Made by a program: the position numbers and the translations under genes. From Felis catus (lineage: Eukaryota), in contig NC_058368.1 in the NCBI RefSeq assembly GCF_018350175.1, forward strand, positions 47,680,001 to 47,744,000: DNA of 64,000 nucleotides. The letters are read 5' to 3'. Positions 1-12,521 of the stretch are shown piece after piece; position 1 is the stretch's first letter, and each line of letters begins with the position of its first letter. Below the pieces are notes generated by a model. The model saw nothing but the letters and a program-made list of their open reading frames with translations, made no database searches and was not told the DNA's origin.

Positions 1-975
1 TAAGGGAATAGATAAAACATTGTTGACAGAACAATCTGGCACTTCCTCAAACAACTAAACACAGAAATGTAGAAATACCATATGACCCAGCAATCCACCC
101 CTAGGTATATACCTAGGAGAAATGAAAACAGGTCCACACAAAAACTTGTGCATGAATCTTTATAGCAACATTATTCACAGCAGTCAAAAAGTGGAAACAA
201 CCTGGGGCGCCTGGGTGGTTCAGTCGGTTAAGCAGCTGACTTCAGGTCATGATCTCATGGTCCGTGGGTTCGAGCCCCGCATCAGGCTCTGTGCTGACAG
301 CTCAGAGCCTGGAGCCTGTTTCAGATTCTGTGTCTCCCTCTCTCTGACCCTCCCCCGTTCATGCTCTGTCTCTCTCTGTCTCAAAAATAAATAAATGTTA
401 AAAAAAAATTTTTTTTTAAGTGGAAACAACCTAAATGTCCATCTGCTGATGAATGGATAAACAAAATACAGAATAATCAAATAGAGTTTTATTTGGCCAT
501 TAGAAGGAATTAAGTAGTGATATGTTACAACATGGATGACCCTTGAAAATGTTATGCTAAATGGAAGAAGCCAGTAACAAAAGATCACATATTTTATGAT
601 TCCATTCATATGAAATGTCTAGAACAGGAAAATCTACACAGGCAGAAAAAAGATTAGTGGTTACTTAAGGCTGAGAAGTTGAGAGTAAGGTGGGATAGCA
701 GAGTGATTCCTAAAGGAGTCCAGGTTTCTTTTTGAAGTAAAAGTTTCATAATGGACTATAGTAATAGTGGGTAATCGTAATGTCTGCGAATATACTAAAA
801 AACATTGGATTATATAGTTTAAATGGATGACTATATGGTGGTGAATTGTATCTCATTAAAGCTGTTTGACAAAACAAATCTGGCAAAATGTTTATCATTG
901 GTATAGTTAGCCAATAGAAATTGAGAGCTTCATATGCTCTCGTCTTTGTATGTTTGAAAATTTCCATAATAAAAT
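1..975 (+). mobile_element. Old L1 (L1M-type) ORF2 end and 3' UTR, interrupted by a SINE
   Basis: L1 motifs ccatatgacccagcaatcc, aaatgtccatc..gatgaatggataaacaaaa and acatggatgacccttgaaaa. Confidence 0.85.
204..417 (+). mobile_element. Felid-type CanSINE with 15-bp TSD
   Basis: ggggcgcctgggtgg head, (CT)n tract, AATAAA tail; TSD aagtggaaacaacct at 189-203 and 418-432. Confidence 0.95.
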
Positions 976-2223
976 GTTTTTTAAATACCTTTCAGATGAA
1001 ATTTAAATATCCAAAATATGTATGTACTTGGTTTAAAATAAGGTTGGTTTTTACCTTGTGTTTACTTCAAGTAGGAAAGATGCACAGAATTATCTGACTT
1101 AGTAGCCATGACACATTGTTATTCGTAGGTAAAAACACTTACATTTGACCTCTAGTGGAGCACATACTTTGCATTATACTTGTCAGAGCTATTTTCATCA
1201 AGAAATGCCATCTATGTGTCCCCTTGCCAACATCTTTGCAGAGTTTACAACTTTCAGCAATTTATTGGCATCAACTACGCAATTCTGTTAAGCAGCTGCT
1301 GTGTAGTTGAGCTGTTTTAATATACCACCACTCTCTGTGCATAGTTTCTACTAAATGGCCGAGATATACGATTCTGGATTTACGAGAGCAGTTTATCACG
1401 TTTGTAGAGATTATTTCTGCAGTAACAATCGTCATCGTCCTCATCATCATCATCTAGAAGTTTTATAAGAATGTCCTTGCCCTTAATTCTTCCATTTTGA
1501 ACACTAATTATTTCACTTCAATGTGGTTTGTATTGTTTCATTTTATTTCAATAGTTTTACCCTAAGTCTCAATTATTCAGCCAGATGCAGTTCTGGAGTT
1601 GTTAATTTTAAAGAATGGTTCATTCATTCTGAAGTTACTGTAATTTTTTTATGTATTTGATATACTAGATTGTAACATAAATACTGTTCACTTTTTGGAA
1701 CTCAGTATAAGAGTATATCAGAATTAATGAATATTATTATAAATCAGACCATGTTATAGATTAGTATTTAAAGGTGTCAAACTAGTGATTTAAGGGAAAG
1801 AGGACTGGGGCATGGCACTTTTACAGTATTTTAATTTTTCCATGAACAAGTAATAGCATTTTTAAAAACAGGAATTTTTTAAAACTATTTTGAGAAATGG
1901 CTTTCTAAATTAATGGAACATTTGCCCAGAAGAGGCTACACCTGCCAAAATAAGGGACTCTGGATTAGGGCACTCTACGTTTTGTCATTTTGGAGAAGAG
2001 CGCCTACTTTCTGCAAGAGGACCTTCAAGTGAAGCTTACTAAACAGTTTCTCTCATCCACATAGAGATTGTACTCAACTGTCTCATTCATATGAGTGAAA
2101 CAAAAAAAACAAAAAGAAAACTTTTAATGTGGTTCTTTGTTCATAAGTTGGAACACACACCAAAGACTGTCAGAAACGGAAAGAAAATAATTAGCATAAG
2201 AGGGGAAAAAATTACAATAAACA

Positions 2224-2445
2224 GGGGCTCCTGGGTGGCTCAGTTGGTTAAGCGTCAGACTTCAGCCCAGGTCATGATCTCACGATTCATGGGTTTGGGC
2301 CCTGTGTTGGGCTCTGTGCTGACAGTCAGAACCTGGAGCCTTCTTTGAAATCTTTGTCTCCCTCTCTCTCTGTCCCTACCCTGCTTGCGCTCTGTCTCTC
2401 AAAAATAATATAAAACATTTATTTTAAAAATTTTAATAAAAAAAA
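2224..2445 (+). mobile_element. CanSINE
   Basis: tRNA-derived head, CT tract and A tail; degenerate TSD aaaaat(t/c)acaat(a/c)aaca. Confidence 0.93.
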
Positions 2446-2837
2446 ATCACAATCAACAGAGAAACTGACCCTTTTCTCCAAAGAAAACAAAAACAAAATT
2501 CCATAGCAGAAAAGAACTTACAAAGTAGCTATAATTAGTTTTTTCAGAAAGATTTGAGAAAGTAGTATTTCCATAAAATAGGAAACAGTGAACAAAAAAA
2601 AAACAGTGATATTTTCAAAATTGCTAAATTAAAAGTCATGAAATTATTATGAGTAAGTAAAAATGCCAGGACAGGATGTGAGGAAAAGTCAACGAGCTCT
2701 CCTAAAATTTAGAAAAAGGAAAAAAGATGGAAACTAGCAGAGAAAAGTTAAACAACATACAATATTCCAGAGAAAGAAAATACCTACAAAGAAATAGGAA
2801 TCAGCTTGGCATCATAGTTCTCAGAAACTCGACTGTA

Positions 2838-3052
2838 TTTTTTTTTCAATTTTTTAAAATATTTATTATTTTTGCGAGAGAAAGGGAGCAAGTCAGGGAG
2901 GGACAGAGAGAGAGGGAGACACAGAATCCAGAGGGGCTCCAGGCTCTGAGCTGTCAGCACAGAGCCCAACACGGGGCCCGAACCCACGAACCGCAAGATT
3001 ATGACCTGAGCTGAAGTTGGATGCTTAACTGACTGAGGCACCCAGGTGCCCC
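2838..3052 (-). mobile_element. CanSINE
   Basis: Reverse-strand SINE; TSD agaaact(c/t)gact. Confidence 0.93.
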
Positions 3053-3939
3053 AGAAACTTGACTTGAGGAAACAAAGAAGTAATACCATGCAAGTCCTAA
3101 AGAAAAGTACAATATTTTCTTCCACAGTAACTTCTCAGAAAATTACCAGATTGTGTGCCATCAAATAACAAAGAGAGAGAGAAGTACAAGAAATACTGGA
3201 ACTTGCCAAGATAAATAATAAAGAAATAAAGTCATAAAAAGAAATTTCAGGATAACAACTGTGCATCAGTCTTAAAAGCAGTCAGTACAAAATTGAGTCC
3301 AGTTAATAGCATTATTAAGAAACTAGATAATCTTAGGAAAGATGGAAAAAACGCATATATTGTTTCCATCAATGAGGAAAAAAAATAGAAGGCAGGAACT
3401 CTAGAAGAGGGAGGGAAATATCTGTAAAAAACGTCAGAGTCCAAACAGGACAAGTAAATGATATGATTTTGAGCAATAGATGCAGTATAAGAAAAAAGAA
3501 TTCAGTTGAACATGATACTTGAAACATTCTCCTTTGAACATCAGAGGTTCCCTTCCTGTGGATCTAATCATACGCTCTGCTCTACAGTGAACAGTATTTG
3601 TAAATCATTACATAGTAGTACAAATAACCCTACTGACCAGTCAAAAAAGGACAGTTGTAGAGCAGAGAAAAGCAGAATCAAAAGCTAGAGAAATGAAATG
3701 CAAAAGTCAAGTCCAAACAATAAGAGCAGAATCTTAAATAGGAGATGGAGCCAGTGATCAGGAGCCAGGCAGGAACATGGTGAGAATCAAACCGGATCAG
3801 GAACAAACCAGAAGATCTCAAGGTGACTTCATCTCACCAAAGGATTCTGTTTTGTAGTGACAAGCAAGTTTTCTAGCTCGTGTACGTTATGTTGGTTTGT
3901 TTATTTTCGTTTTGTCAGTCTAAGAATTGGAATCTCACA

Positions 3940-4790
3940 ACTATAACCATTTATTTGTAATAGTAACAACCAAATAAGGCATGACAATTTATGCCAAAAA
4001 TGTAGGTGAAAAATATATTAAAATATTGCCATGGTTAGGAAGACTCAGTATTATATAAGTCCATTCTAAGTTTTTCTTGTAATTTAACATAATTCCACCC
4101 CTATTTCTATGAATATAGCCCTAAAAATACTTGAATCATTAAACATTATAACAGTGTGACATGGAGGCATGAATTGACAGACTATTGGTATAGAGTTTAA
4201 AACTCCAGAAATAAATCACATACTTATATGAAAATTTAGTATATGATAAAGATAAGCATCTGAAGTGGGTGAACATACAATGTTATTATAGAATAGCTAT
4301 GGGGGAAAGATGTTGAATCCACACCCTTCACCATAAGCTAGGATAAACTTCAAACAGATTAGAGGTCTAAATGTTTGAAAAGGAAAAGAAAAACCATAAA
4401 ACTATCTTGAGGAAAATGGGAGAAGAAAACACAGAGAAGGCTGTACAATGAGAGATTGATATATTCAGCTACATCAGAATCAGAAAGTTCTGCATAGCAA
4501 AAAAAAAATTTTTTTAAGTGTAAACATAGTCAAATAAAATATAAACAAGGGGGAAGAAAAACTGCCACTCATACTACAAAGGGCTCTAACATATAGAGAG
4601 CTCCTTGAAATGCAGAAGAAAATGACCAATCATCTGGGAGAAAAATGGGCCAAGGATATCAATAGAAAAGGAAATATCTTTAAATATAGGAGAAGCTGCT
4701 TAACCTCCCAACAGAAGAAATGCTAAATAAACACATTCACTTATCCGACTGGCAAATATCCAAAAAAGTAACACAAGCGTAGATATTATC
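3940..4790 (+). mobile_element. Ancient, degraded L1 ORF2 fragment
   Basis: A-rich strand with L1-like phrases (ccagaaataaatcaca, gaaaaatgggccaaggatatcaataga). Confidence 0.65.
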
Positions 4791-6683
4791 AATTAGGAAA
4801 CTGAAGTTCATTGAACAGAATGAACAGATTGCCTAAATTTACATAGTTAATAACAGAGTCAGGAATAGATGTGTCTTTGACTTCTAACCTAACTAAAATA
4901 TTTCCAGTACATGTGCTTGCTTTTCTATGTGTTCAGTAGATGATGTTATTCTAGATCGTATGTGATGTTAAAGTGGAATTTTCTTTCCCCAAATTTACCA
5001 TTGGTATAAAAGGGGGTGGATCATTTATGACCAAGCATAATAAAACTGAACAAAATTTTTCTACATGTTCTTTTGGTATCCATTGTAGCTATATCATCTT
5101 AATAGGATTTTTACAGAACTGTGTTGCTTAAAGAGTGTTCTTTATCTAGATTTCAGAAACCATGCTAACATTGTTTAATGCAATCAGATGAACAAAGGTA
5201 GACTATGACAGCACCATAAATTGAATGGTCCTTGTGTGGATAAAGCAACGACATATGATTTCCCTTCTGTCTCTTGACCAGCATCAGGAATGAGCTGCTT
5301 CCTGTAACTGCTCCTATACCCGCAGCAGAAGGAAGCCCAAGAGAAACCAAATTATGGCTCCTCTAGGGCACCTAGGAGCCAAAGCCCTCTGCCTAGTGTA
5401 TCTGCAACTCCTTCCTGTTCTCCCTCCTCATCCTCGTTGCCCTCCCTGTCCCCTTCCCCAGCAAATATGAATGATCCTCTTTACTGTGTTAATCTGGAGA
5501 CTAGTAGTAGGCTGTATTAAAGCTTATTTTTTCCTATTATTTTACCTTCATGCTATGATACAAAAGTTATGGCAAGTAAATTTAGGTTCTTTCAGATAGA
5601 AAGTTTTCCTTTGATAGGCTGAGAGTCTATCATCTCCCCTTTCCCTTCTACTTACCATGGAAAGTAGAACACGAGCTAAAATCTACCATAATACCAGACA
5701 TGTTTAACATCAAATCAGTGATTAGGTACTTCACTCTAGGGAACATATAAATGAAATAATCTTGAAAGCAAAAAGAGCCCTCCAAAGGCTCAAATAATAT
5801 TCTATCAGATTGGCAGTGTCTGAAGGTATACACATTTCATGTGCAGCGGCCAAGCCAACCCCAGTACTGCAGAAAGGAGAAAAAGGATTCTGGCACCATT
5901 TCTTCCAGCTCCTCTGTTGGCCCTAAGATTTATTAAGGCTCGGTGGCTTGAACTCAACAGCTATGTTTTAAAATACTCACTCAAGCTAGATGGTTCTAAA
6001 TAGAACTAATGACAGCAAGGGGGGGGGAAAGGCCTGTAGGAACTTGCTCTGACACAGAGCTGATGTCTATAAACAGATTAGTAGAAGGGAGCAGAACATC
6101 TCTCTACCTCCATAACTCTTATGTCTTGGCATGAAAATGAAATAAAATAATAGGAAAAAATTATTTCCAGCACAGCCCACCATTATTCTACGGAAGTAAG
6201 GTAAAGAAAAGTTTAGTCTGTCCTCCAAATGCTTGTGTTTCATTGAATGAATTTAGTAATTAATCATAAATATCCACTAATTAGTGTTAGATGCTGAAGG
6301 TTTGAGTGTGGGGAGAAATAAAAGACAAAATAGACTTGGAAGAGGAAATGACTGAAAATTGTGATCTGTGCTCTTATTTAAGAGGTCCAGCATAATTAAT
6401 TCATAGTTCAAGCAGCCACTGCTAAAGCCAACCCCAGTTTTCATTTGTAAAAGAAGAGGGAATGGTACAGTTTAAAAAATCCTGAAATTGTATGGAACTT
6501 AAGGTTTGAACTGGTGATTAGTAGGCAAGAAAAAAGTTTTGCATTCTTTTTCCTTTACCTTCTTCATATAAGGCATCAAAAGGAAATGGGATAATTGAAG
6601 AGGCAGAAGAGAAAAACTTAAGTACCTAACTCATCTACTCACCAAACAGGTATAGAAAAACTGCAGTGGAACATGGCAATGTA

Positions 6684-6858
6684 AGCGGTTCCCAAATTTG
6701 TCTGTTAGAATCACTTGGAGAGCTTTAGAAAATTCCAAAGCTGAGGCCATATCCCAGCCCAGTTACTCACAATCTCTGGGGGAGTGGGGCACAGGACTCA
6801 GTAGTTTTTGAAGTGCCACAGGTGATTCCAATATGCAGAAATATCAGGAACCCACTAG
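6684..6858. mobile_element. MER5-like hAT-Charlie DNA transposon
   Basis: gcggttcccaaa...ttagaatcacttggagagcttt...caggtgattccaatatgcag...gaacccact; degenerate terminal inverted repeats. Confidence 0.75.
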
Positions 6859-7023
6859 AGTATGGAATTACCGATTTATCACTTACTATACTAAAAATAT
6901 TGATACTAATCGATTATTATGTGCATCATTGTACATGGGCATGTTATGTTTTAACATCAGTCATGATTAGTCTGCCTGCTAAAATCATTCTTGCCATTAT
7001 GTTCTATCTTCATTTATCAACAG

Positions 7024-7197
7024 GAATTGGCGGCAATGAAACAGATTGTCACCAATATGCGCAGTAAGCGTTCTGAGGACCAGTTACTTCTTACTAAAAC
7101 AGAAGCAAAAAATATGACAGAAGATCATAAATCAAAGATTTTAAATGTGCCTAGAGAACATGAAGACAATATATTTATACCCAAACCAACACTCTTT
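7024..7197 (+). CDS. PIBF1: PIBF1 (progesterone-induced blocking factor 1 / CEP90) penultimate coding exon, 174 nt, phase 0-0
   Basis: Acceptor ttcatttatcaacag|GAA and donor CTCTTT|gtaagt. Translation [58 protein letters not shown] resembles the human PIBF1 C-terminus as I recall it. PIBF1 lies directly upstream of KLF5 in mammals. Confidence 0.93.
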
Positions 7198-8089
7198 GTA
7201 AGTACAATCGAAATTTTAATATCTCTGATTTTCATAAATATATTTTAAATTTCTTGCCTCTTATTCATATTGGTTTTAAACTACTTTTAATCGTTTTATT
7301 AAAAGGCCTCGAGAGAGCTGTATTAATCCCACTTCTGAATGTATGTGTTACCTACCTTACAGCTGATAGTGGGGTTTTATATTTTTAGTTAATATATTAG
7401 ACTTGCCCAGAAATTAGCCTTAATGTAGCATTTACCTCCTTCAGCCTCCAGGACTTCTAGGGGAATCAGGAAGACATTTTGTATAATTTTTTAATTTATT
7501 TAAGAATAAAAAGGAATGCAGAATATCACCTGCCCCCTCTTATTTGTAAATTAGTATATTTTGCTCTAAGAGGTTCTTCGTAAAGTATAAAACCAATCAT
7601 ATTAATATAAACTGAAATACATTATTAGGTAGAAATGTACAGGCACAGAAATCGTTCAGAGAACAAAAAATCAGAAAACTTTGGATTGATAATACAGAAA
7701 ATACTGAAAATGGTGTTTTAACAAATAAAAATAAGAATAAAAAGACAACAGAATCAAACAGGATTAACATTATTAAATATTACACTTCAATATCGTTTCC
7801 CATCCTTTAATTTCTCAGAAGAAATGTGATTTTTACCATCGGAACAGAAACTAAAAACCAGACAGATTTCTGTATGATATTCTGATTTAGTGAGTCCCCA
7901 GAATTTCATTTTTTAAAACTTAAAACTAGATGATTGTAAGAATTAGTCAAGTGTAGGAGTTTCTGATCTAAGCTACTTCTGTATACATTCAGATAATGCT
8001 CAAGATCAATGAGATATGGTGATTACTTGGTGCAACATCCTTTTAAAAAAAAATGACAGTTACAATTTAGATAAAATAAGGGATAATAA

Positions 8090-8580
8090 CTGTAAGGATT
8101 CATGTGGCAGTAATGGAGGCTGTGCTAACAGGAGAGAGAAAACAGGAAGCCTAGATTGACCAGCCAGGAAACGAGACAGCTATACGGATTTCCGGATTTC
8201 CGCAGCTGTGTCCTGGGATCTTTTCCTCTGGTAGCACACCAGCTTCTCTTTGTTTCTCTCCCAATTTCTGCTTACTCATAGTTTCCACTTCCTCATCAAC
8301 TTGCACTTGGCCCCTTGTCTTGAGACATGTTTCCTTCTCAGATCTACTCTGTTATAACCTAGTTCTCTCTGTAAGTTCCAAAAACAAGAATCTGATTGGT
8401 GCAACTTATTTTTGTTGGGTAATACCCCTTTGTGGTGAGACTTGTTAAGGTTATTAGTCAGCCTATTGAATGGCCACTCGTACTAGTGAGCAGGGATCAC
8501 ATGGTACCAAATAAAGCTGCCTACAGCTATTTATTCCAAAGCACCGTGGCTCCGAAAGTGGGCTAAGATTATGGCAGACG
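8090..8580. mobile_element. Degraded MaLR (MLT1J/K-like) LTR
   Basis: gaatctgattgg and cagggatcacatggtac motifs typical of old MLT1 LTRs. Confidence 0.45.
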
Positions 8581-9023
8581 ATATGATATGTCTATTATAT
8601 TATAATCTATAAGAAAAGAACAAACTGACTGCATAGATGTTGATGGGAAAAGTAAGGTCAGATGAAAACCACGAGGTACAGCCAAATAGTTAAAGCCTAT
8701 CACGCCCTCTGATCTGCTTTTCTGACCCTTCTCTGTTCCAAGCAATGAACTATTCCTTCTAACCCTGATCTCCTATATTTCTCACTTTGGATGATAACTG
8801 ATTCTGATATCTTGACTGTACCCAGTGTATAATTAACAGTAAAATTTCTCCAGTACCTCAAAATAAGGTTATGCAAGAGAACAAAATTAAGAAGATTCAA
8901 AATATAAAGTATTAATTGGGTGAGTTTTATTTCCTTCTTTTTCCCTATCTGTGTTTTCTAGGGGGGTTATGATAAACTTAATTTCTTTTATAATAAGGGA
9001 AAAATTGCCAGAAGTATAGCTCA

Positions 9024-10142
9024 GGGGCACCTGGCTGGCTCAGCCCATAGAGCATATAACTCTTGATCTCAGGGCCATGAGTTTAAAACAAAAACAAAAA
9101 CAAGGTATGACCTCAGCTATACCCTAATGAAAACTGAAAGCTAATACTATAAACCAGTCACATCAAGGCCTTGTGCTAATGCAAAATTGTTCATGTGAAT
9201 TGACTGGGTAACTGGGAGCAAACCATTTAAACACTCTGAGCTGGTTCTTGTCTGTAAAATTAGGGAGGAGATCATACAAGATGAAGTCTGGACATTTTTT
9301 TTTTAATGTTTATTTATTTTGAGAGAGAGAGAATGTGAACAGGGGAGAGGGGCAGAGAGAGAGGGAGAGAGAGAATTTTAACCAGGCTCCATACCCAGTG
9401 TGGAGCCTGACATGGGGCTCAAACTCACACACCGTGAGATCTTGACCTGAGCCAAAACCAGGAGTCAGACACTGAACCAACTAAGCCACTTGGGCACCCC
9501 TGGACATCTTGTATACCAACATGCTATGATTCCTTTTTGGCATTATAATTTTTACAGTTGCTATTTGAATATTTTTAATTTTCCATACCAATATTTTTCT
9601 TGTATCTTCTCTGATATTGTTAATAAGGAATTTATGATGCAAATATTTGAAAATAAGTTTTAATTATTTAATAATCTTAGTTTTATAGTAAAAATGGAAA
9701 TGTTTCTTTCTTTTAATGTTTACTTATTTAATTTGATAGAGAATATGCACACACACACGGGAGGGGCAAAGAGGAAATCCCAGGCAGGCTCTGCGTGGAG
9801 CTGACGTGGGACTCGATCTCACATACTGTAAGATCATGACCTGAGCTGAAATCAAGAGTCGGATGCTTACCTGACTGAGCCACCCAAGCGGCCCATAAAA
9901 TTGGAAACATTTCTTTTTTCTTTTTTAATTTTTTTTAATGTTTATTTATTTTTGACAGAGAGACACAGTGTGAGCGGGGGAGGGGCAGAGAGAGAGGGAG
10001 ACACAGAATCTGAAGCAGGCTCCAGGCTCTAGGCTCTGAGCTGTCCACACAGAGCCCAAAGTGTGGCTCGAACTCATGAACCATGAGATCATGACCTGAG
10101 CCGAAGTAGGACACTTGACTGACTGAGCCATCCAGGTGTCCT
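9024..10142. mobile_element. CanSINE cluster: 9024-9085 (+, partial), 9295-9500 (-), 9708-9894 (-), 9915-10142 (-)
   Basis: Recognisable SINE heads (ctgagccacccagg on -) and (GA)n tracts. Confidence 0.92.
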
Positions 10143-10565
10143 CAAAAATGGAAACATTTCTAACTTGCTTCTAGATCCTTTGGCTGAAATTATTTGCTAT
10201 TGGTATTTTTCCCTGATACCAGATTTAATGCTGGATAGATGGATGGATGTGTGTTCATACACGCATATTTTTGTATGAGGAAAACACACAAAACTACTTT
10301 TGCCTGGGCAATGGGGTGGAGGTACAGCTGTGATACAGAAGAGAAGGAAGAATAAGAGCTTGCAACATTTTTCTTTATATGCTATTATATTCAAATGAAT
10401 GTTTTGCAGTGCTCACGTGATACATAAGAAGACAGCCCCAAAAGGTGCATTTTATGGACAAGTGCTGGCCATCGAAATCGCAGATATGGCAAAGTTGTTT
10501 TTCAGGCATTTGATGCACTAACAAAGACTAGACTGAACCACAGAATGTAAATGCTTTAAGGATAG

Positions 10566-10600
10566 TACACTTGATCTTAGCCAAAAGGCCGAGAAGCAAT
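10566..10600 (-). pseudogene. 3'-truncated U2 snRNA retropseudogene (U2 nt 1-35)
   Basis: Reverse complement ATTGCTTCTCGGCCTTTTGGCTAAGATCAAGTGTA equals the U2 5' end with one CpG-type change. Flanked by the direct repeat aaatgctttaaggatag (10549-10565, 10601-10617). Confidence 0.93.
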
Positions 10601-11283
10601 AAATGCTTTAAGGATAGGAGCTGTGTTTCCATTTCCTTGCACAGCTCATGAACAGAGCTGATACTCTCAAATATTTGCTCGTTGAGGACTTAAAAAAAAA
10701 AAAAAAAAAAAAAAAAACGGTTATGTGCCTTCCTGATTTACTTATCTTCTTTGCTGTTAAAACTCTACTGGGTGGGAAACTTCAGTGTTAAAACTAAAAG
10801 GACAGGGAGAGTGAAAGAGGCAGCTCCCAAGTCTGTGGTTAGTCCCCACACTGTGGTTAGTGCCACTTCTGCAACAGGCGGCACCATTTCAGTCCCTGTC
10901 ATTCACAAACACCCCATTCATTCCCACTAATCATCTACTTTCTCTCTCAATGTAGCTTTTAGCTGTGCTACCCCTTTTCTCTAGCCTTACCTATCTCCTT
11001 TCTAGAAGAAAACTGGAGCTATTCTAATCCTCTTTGAAGCAACTTTCTTTTTTCCTTCCAGAGACGCACGGGACTACCTTTTGCTAGTTTTCTGCTACCG
11101 TCCTTTTCCAAACCAGCATCTTTACTCAGGATTCATATCATTGTCACTATTTTCTCAATAAAAATGCAGATATGAGCAATCCTGTTCTTAGTCTTTTCTC
11201 CACACAGATTGTAAGCATTGAAACAATAAAGAGCCTTAGGCTCTAGGGAGGGCAGGGAACATAATAAGAATGGGTAGCACCAG

Positions 11284-11491
11284 GGGCACCTGGGTGGCTC
11301 AGTCAGTTAAGCGTCCGACTTTGGCTCAGTTTATGATCTCACGGTTCATGAGTTTGAGTCCCACATCAGGCTCTGCACTGATAGTTTGGAACCTGACTGG
11401 GATTCTCTCTCCTTCTCTGTGCCCCTCCCCCACTCACTCTCTATTTCTCTCTTTCTGTCTCTCTCAAAATAAATAAATAACTTTAAAAAAA
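11284..11491 (+). mobile_element. CanSINE with 15-bp TSD
   Basis: TSD aatgggtagcaccag at 11269-11283 and 11492-11506. Confidence 0.95.
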
Positions 11492-12172
11492 AATGGGTAG
11501 CACCAGTACATAGTGTATGAAGTTTCCAAATTATGAGTTTGTGGTAGGGTTCAGATCTTAACTTAGATCGGTTATCTAAATGGCTAGCAGCTGCTGAATG
11601 GTAAGGTAAGTTTATGTAATTTATACATAATGCTTATATGAGCCCATGACTCTCTCCATAGAAGTGATTTAGAAGGCTACACGTGGTCACCTGGAAGACA
11701 AAAAAAAATGTTCGAATAAGTACAATTCAGTTCAACAAGTTCATCCTGACTATATTCAAGAACCCATGCTTACCATTATAGAAGATTTGATCATTTTGAT
11801 ATAGATGAAATCGGGTGGACTACTTTAAAGTAAAGAAAATACTAAGTTCTATGGGAATTTAAAAAAAGAATAGATACTGTGATGTTGATGGGTTCCCGCA
11901 GAAAGTATTTGAGGTTGGCCTCGAAGAATGTCTAAGATTTTGACAGGTGACAGGTAGGGTTAGAGAGAAAAATTCCAAAGGCAGAAGAAGTACAGTATTG
12001 GCAAAGTATTTTCAAATTTGTGCTCCTTTCCATATTTAATATTAAGATGTCTAATACGTGTTTTTTTATACCTTGACTTTATTCCTTTCTTACTACATTC
12101 TTGTCCCTCACTTCAGTCACTTCATGATCCATTAACACTTTCCTTAGGACAAAGAGAAATAAAAGTAGATAG

Positions 12173-12395
12173 GATATACCTAGAGTAGTCAGAGTCATAG
12201 AGGCAGAAAGGGGAACGGTGGCTGCCAGGGACTGGGGGAAGTGAGGAGTTATTGTTTAATGGGGACAGAGTTTCAGTTACACAAGGTGAATGGATGGTGG
12301 TGATAGTCACACAACAACATGAATATACTTAATACTACTGACCTGTACGCTTAAAAATGATAACGATGTTATGTGTATTTTGCCACAGTTTAAAA
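12173..12395 (+). mobile_element. Old L1 3' UTR end
   Basis: acctagagtagtcagagtcatagaggcagaaag...gtttaatggggacagagtttcagtt...gaatatacttaatactactga. Confidence 0.8.
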
Positions 12396-12521
12396 TTGTT
12401 TCTAGGTATATAGGTTTTAAAAACAATTTTTCTCCTCATTCATCAAAAGTGAGTTTAGCAGTTATTTATAAAATAGTAATTGAGTGAATGCAACATTTAC
12501 ATTTCAAAAAATATAACTTTT

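Noticed and set aside
204..300. tRNA-like A/B boxes in SINE heads
   Set aside because: CanSINEs are tRNA-derived; no intact cloverleaf tRNA gene is evident.
10692..10717. Isolated poly(A) run near the U2 fragment
   Set aside because: Outside the U2 TSD and on the wrong strand to be its tail; no TSD of its own seen.
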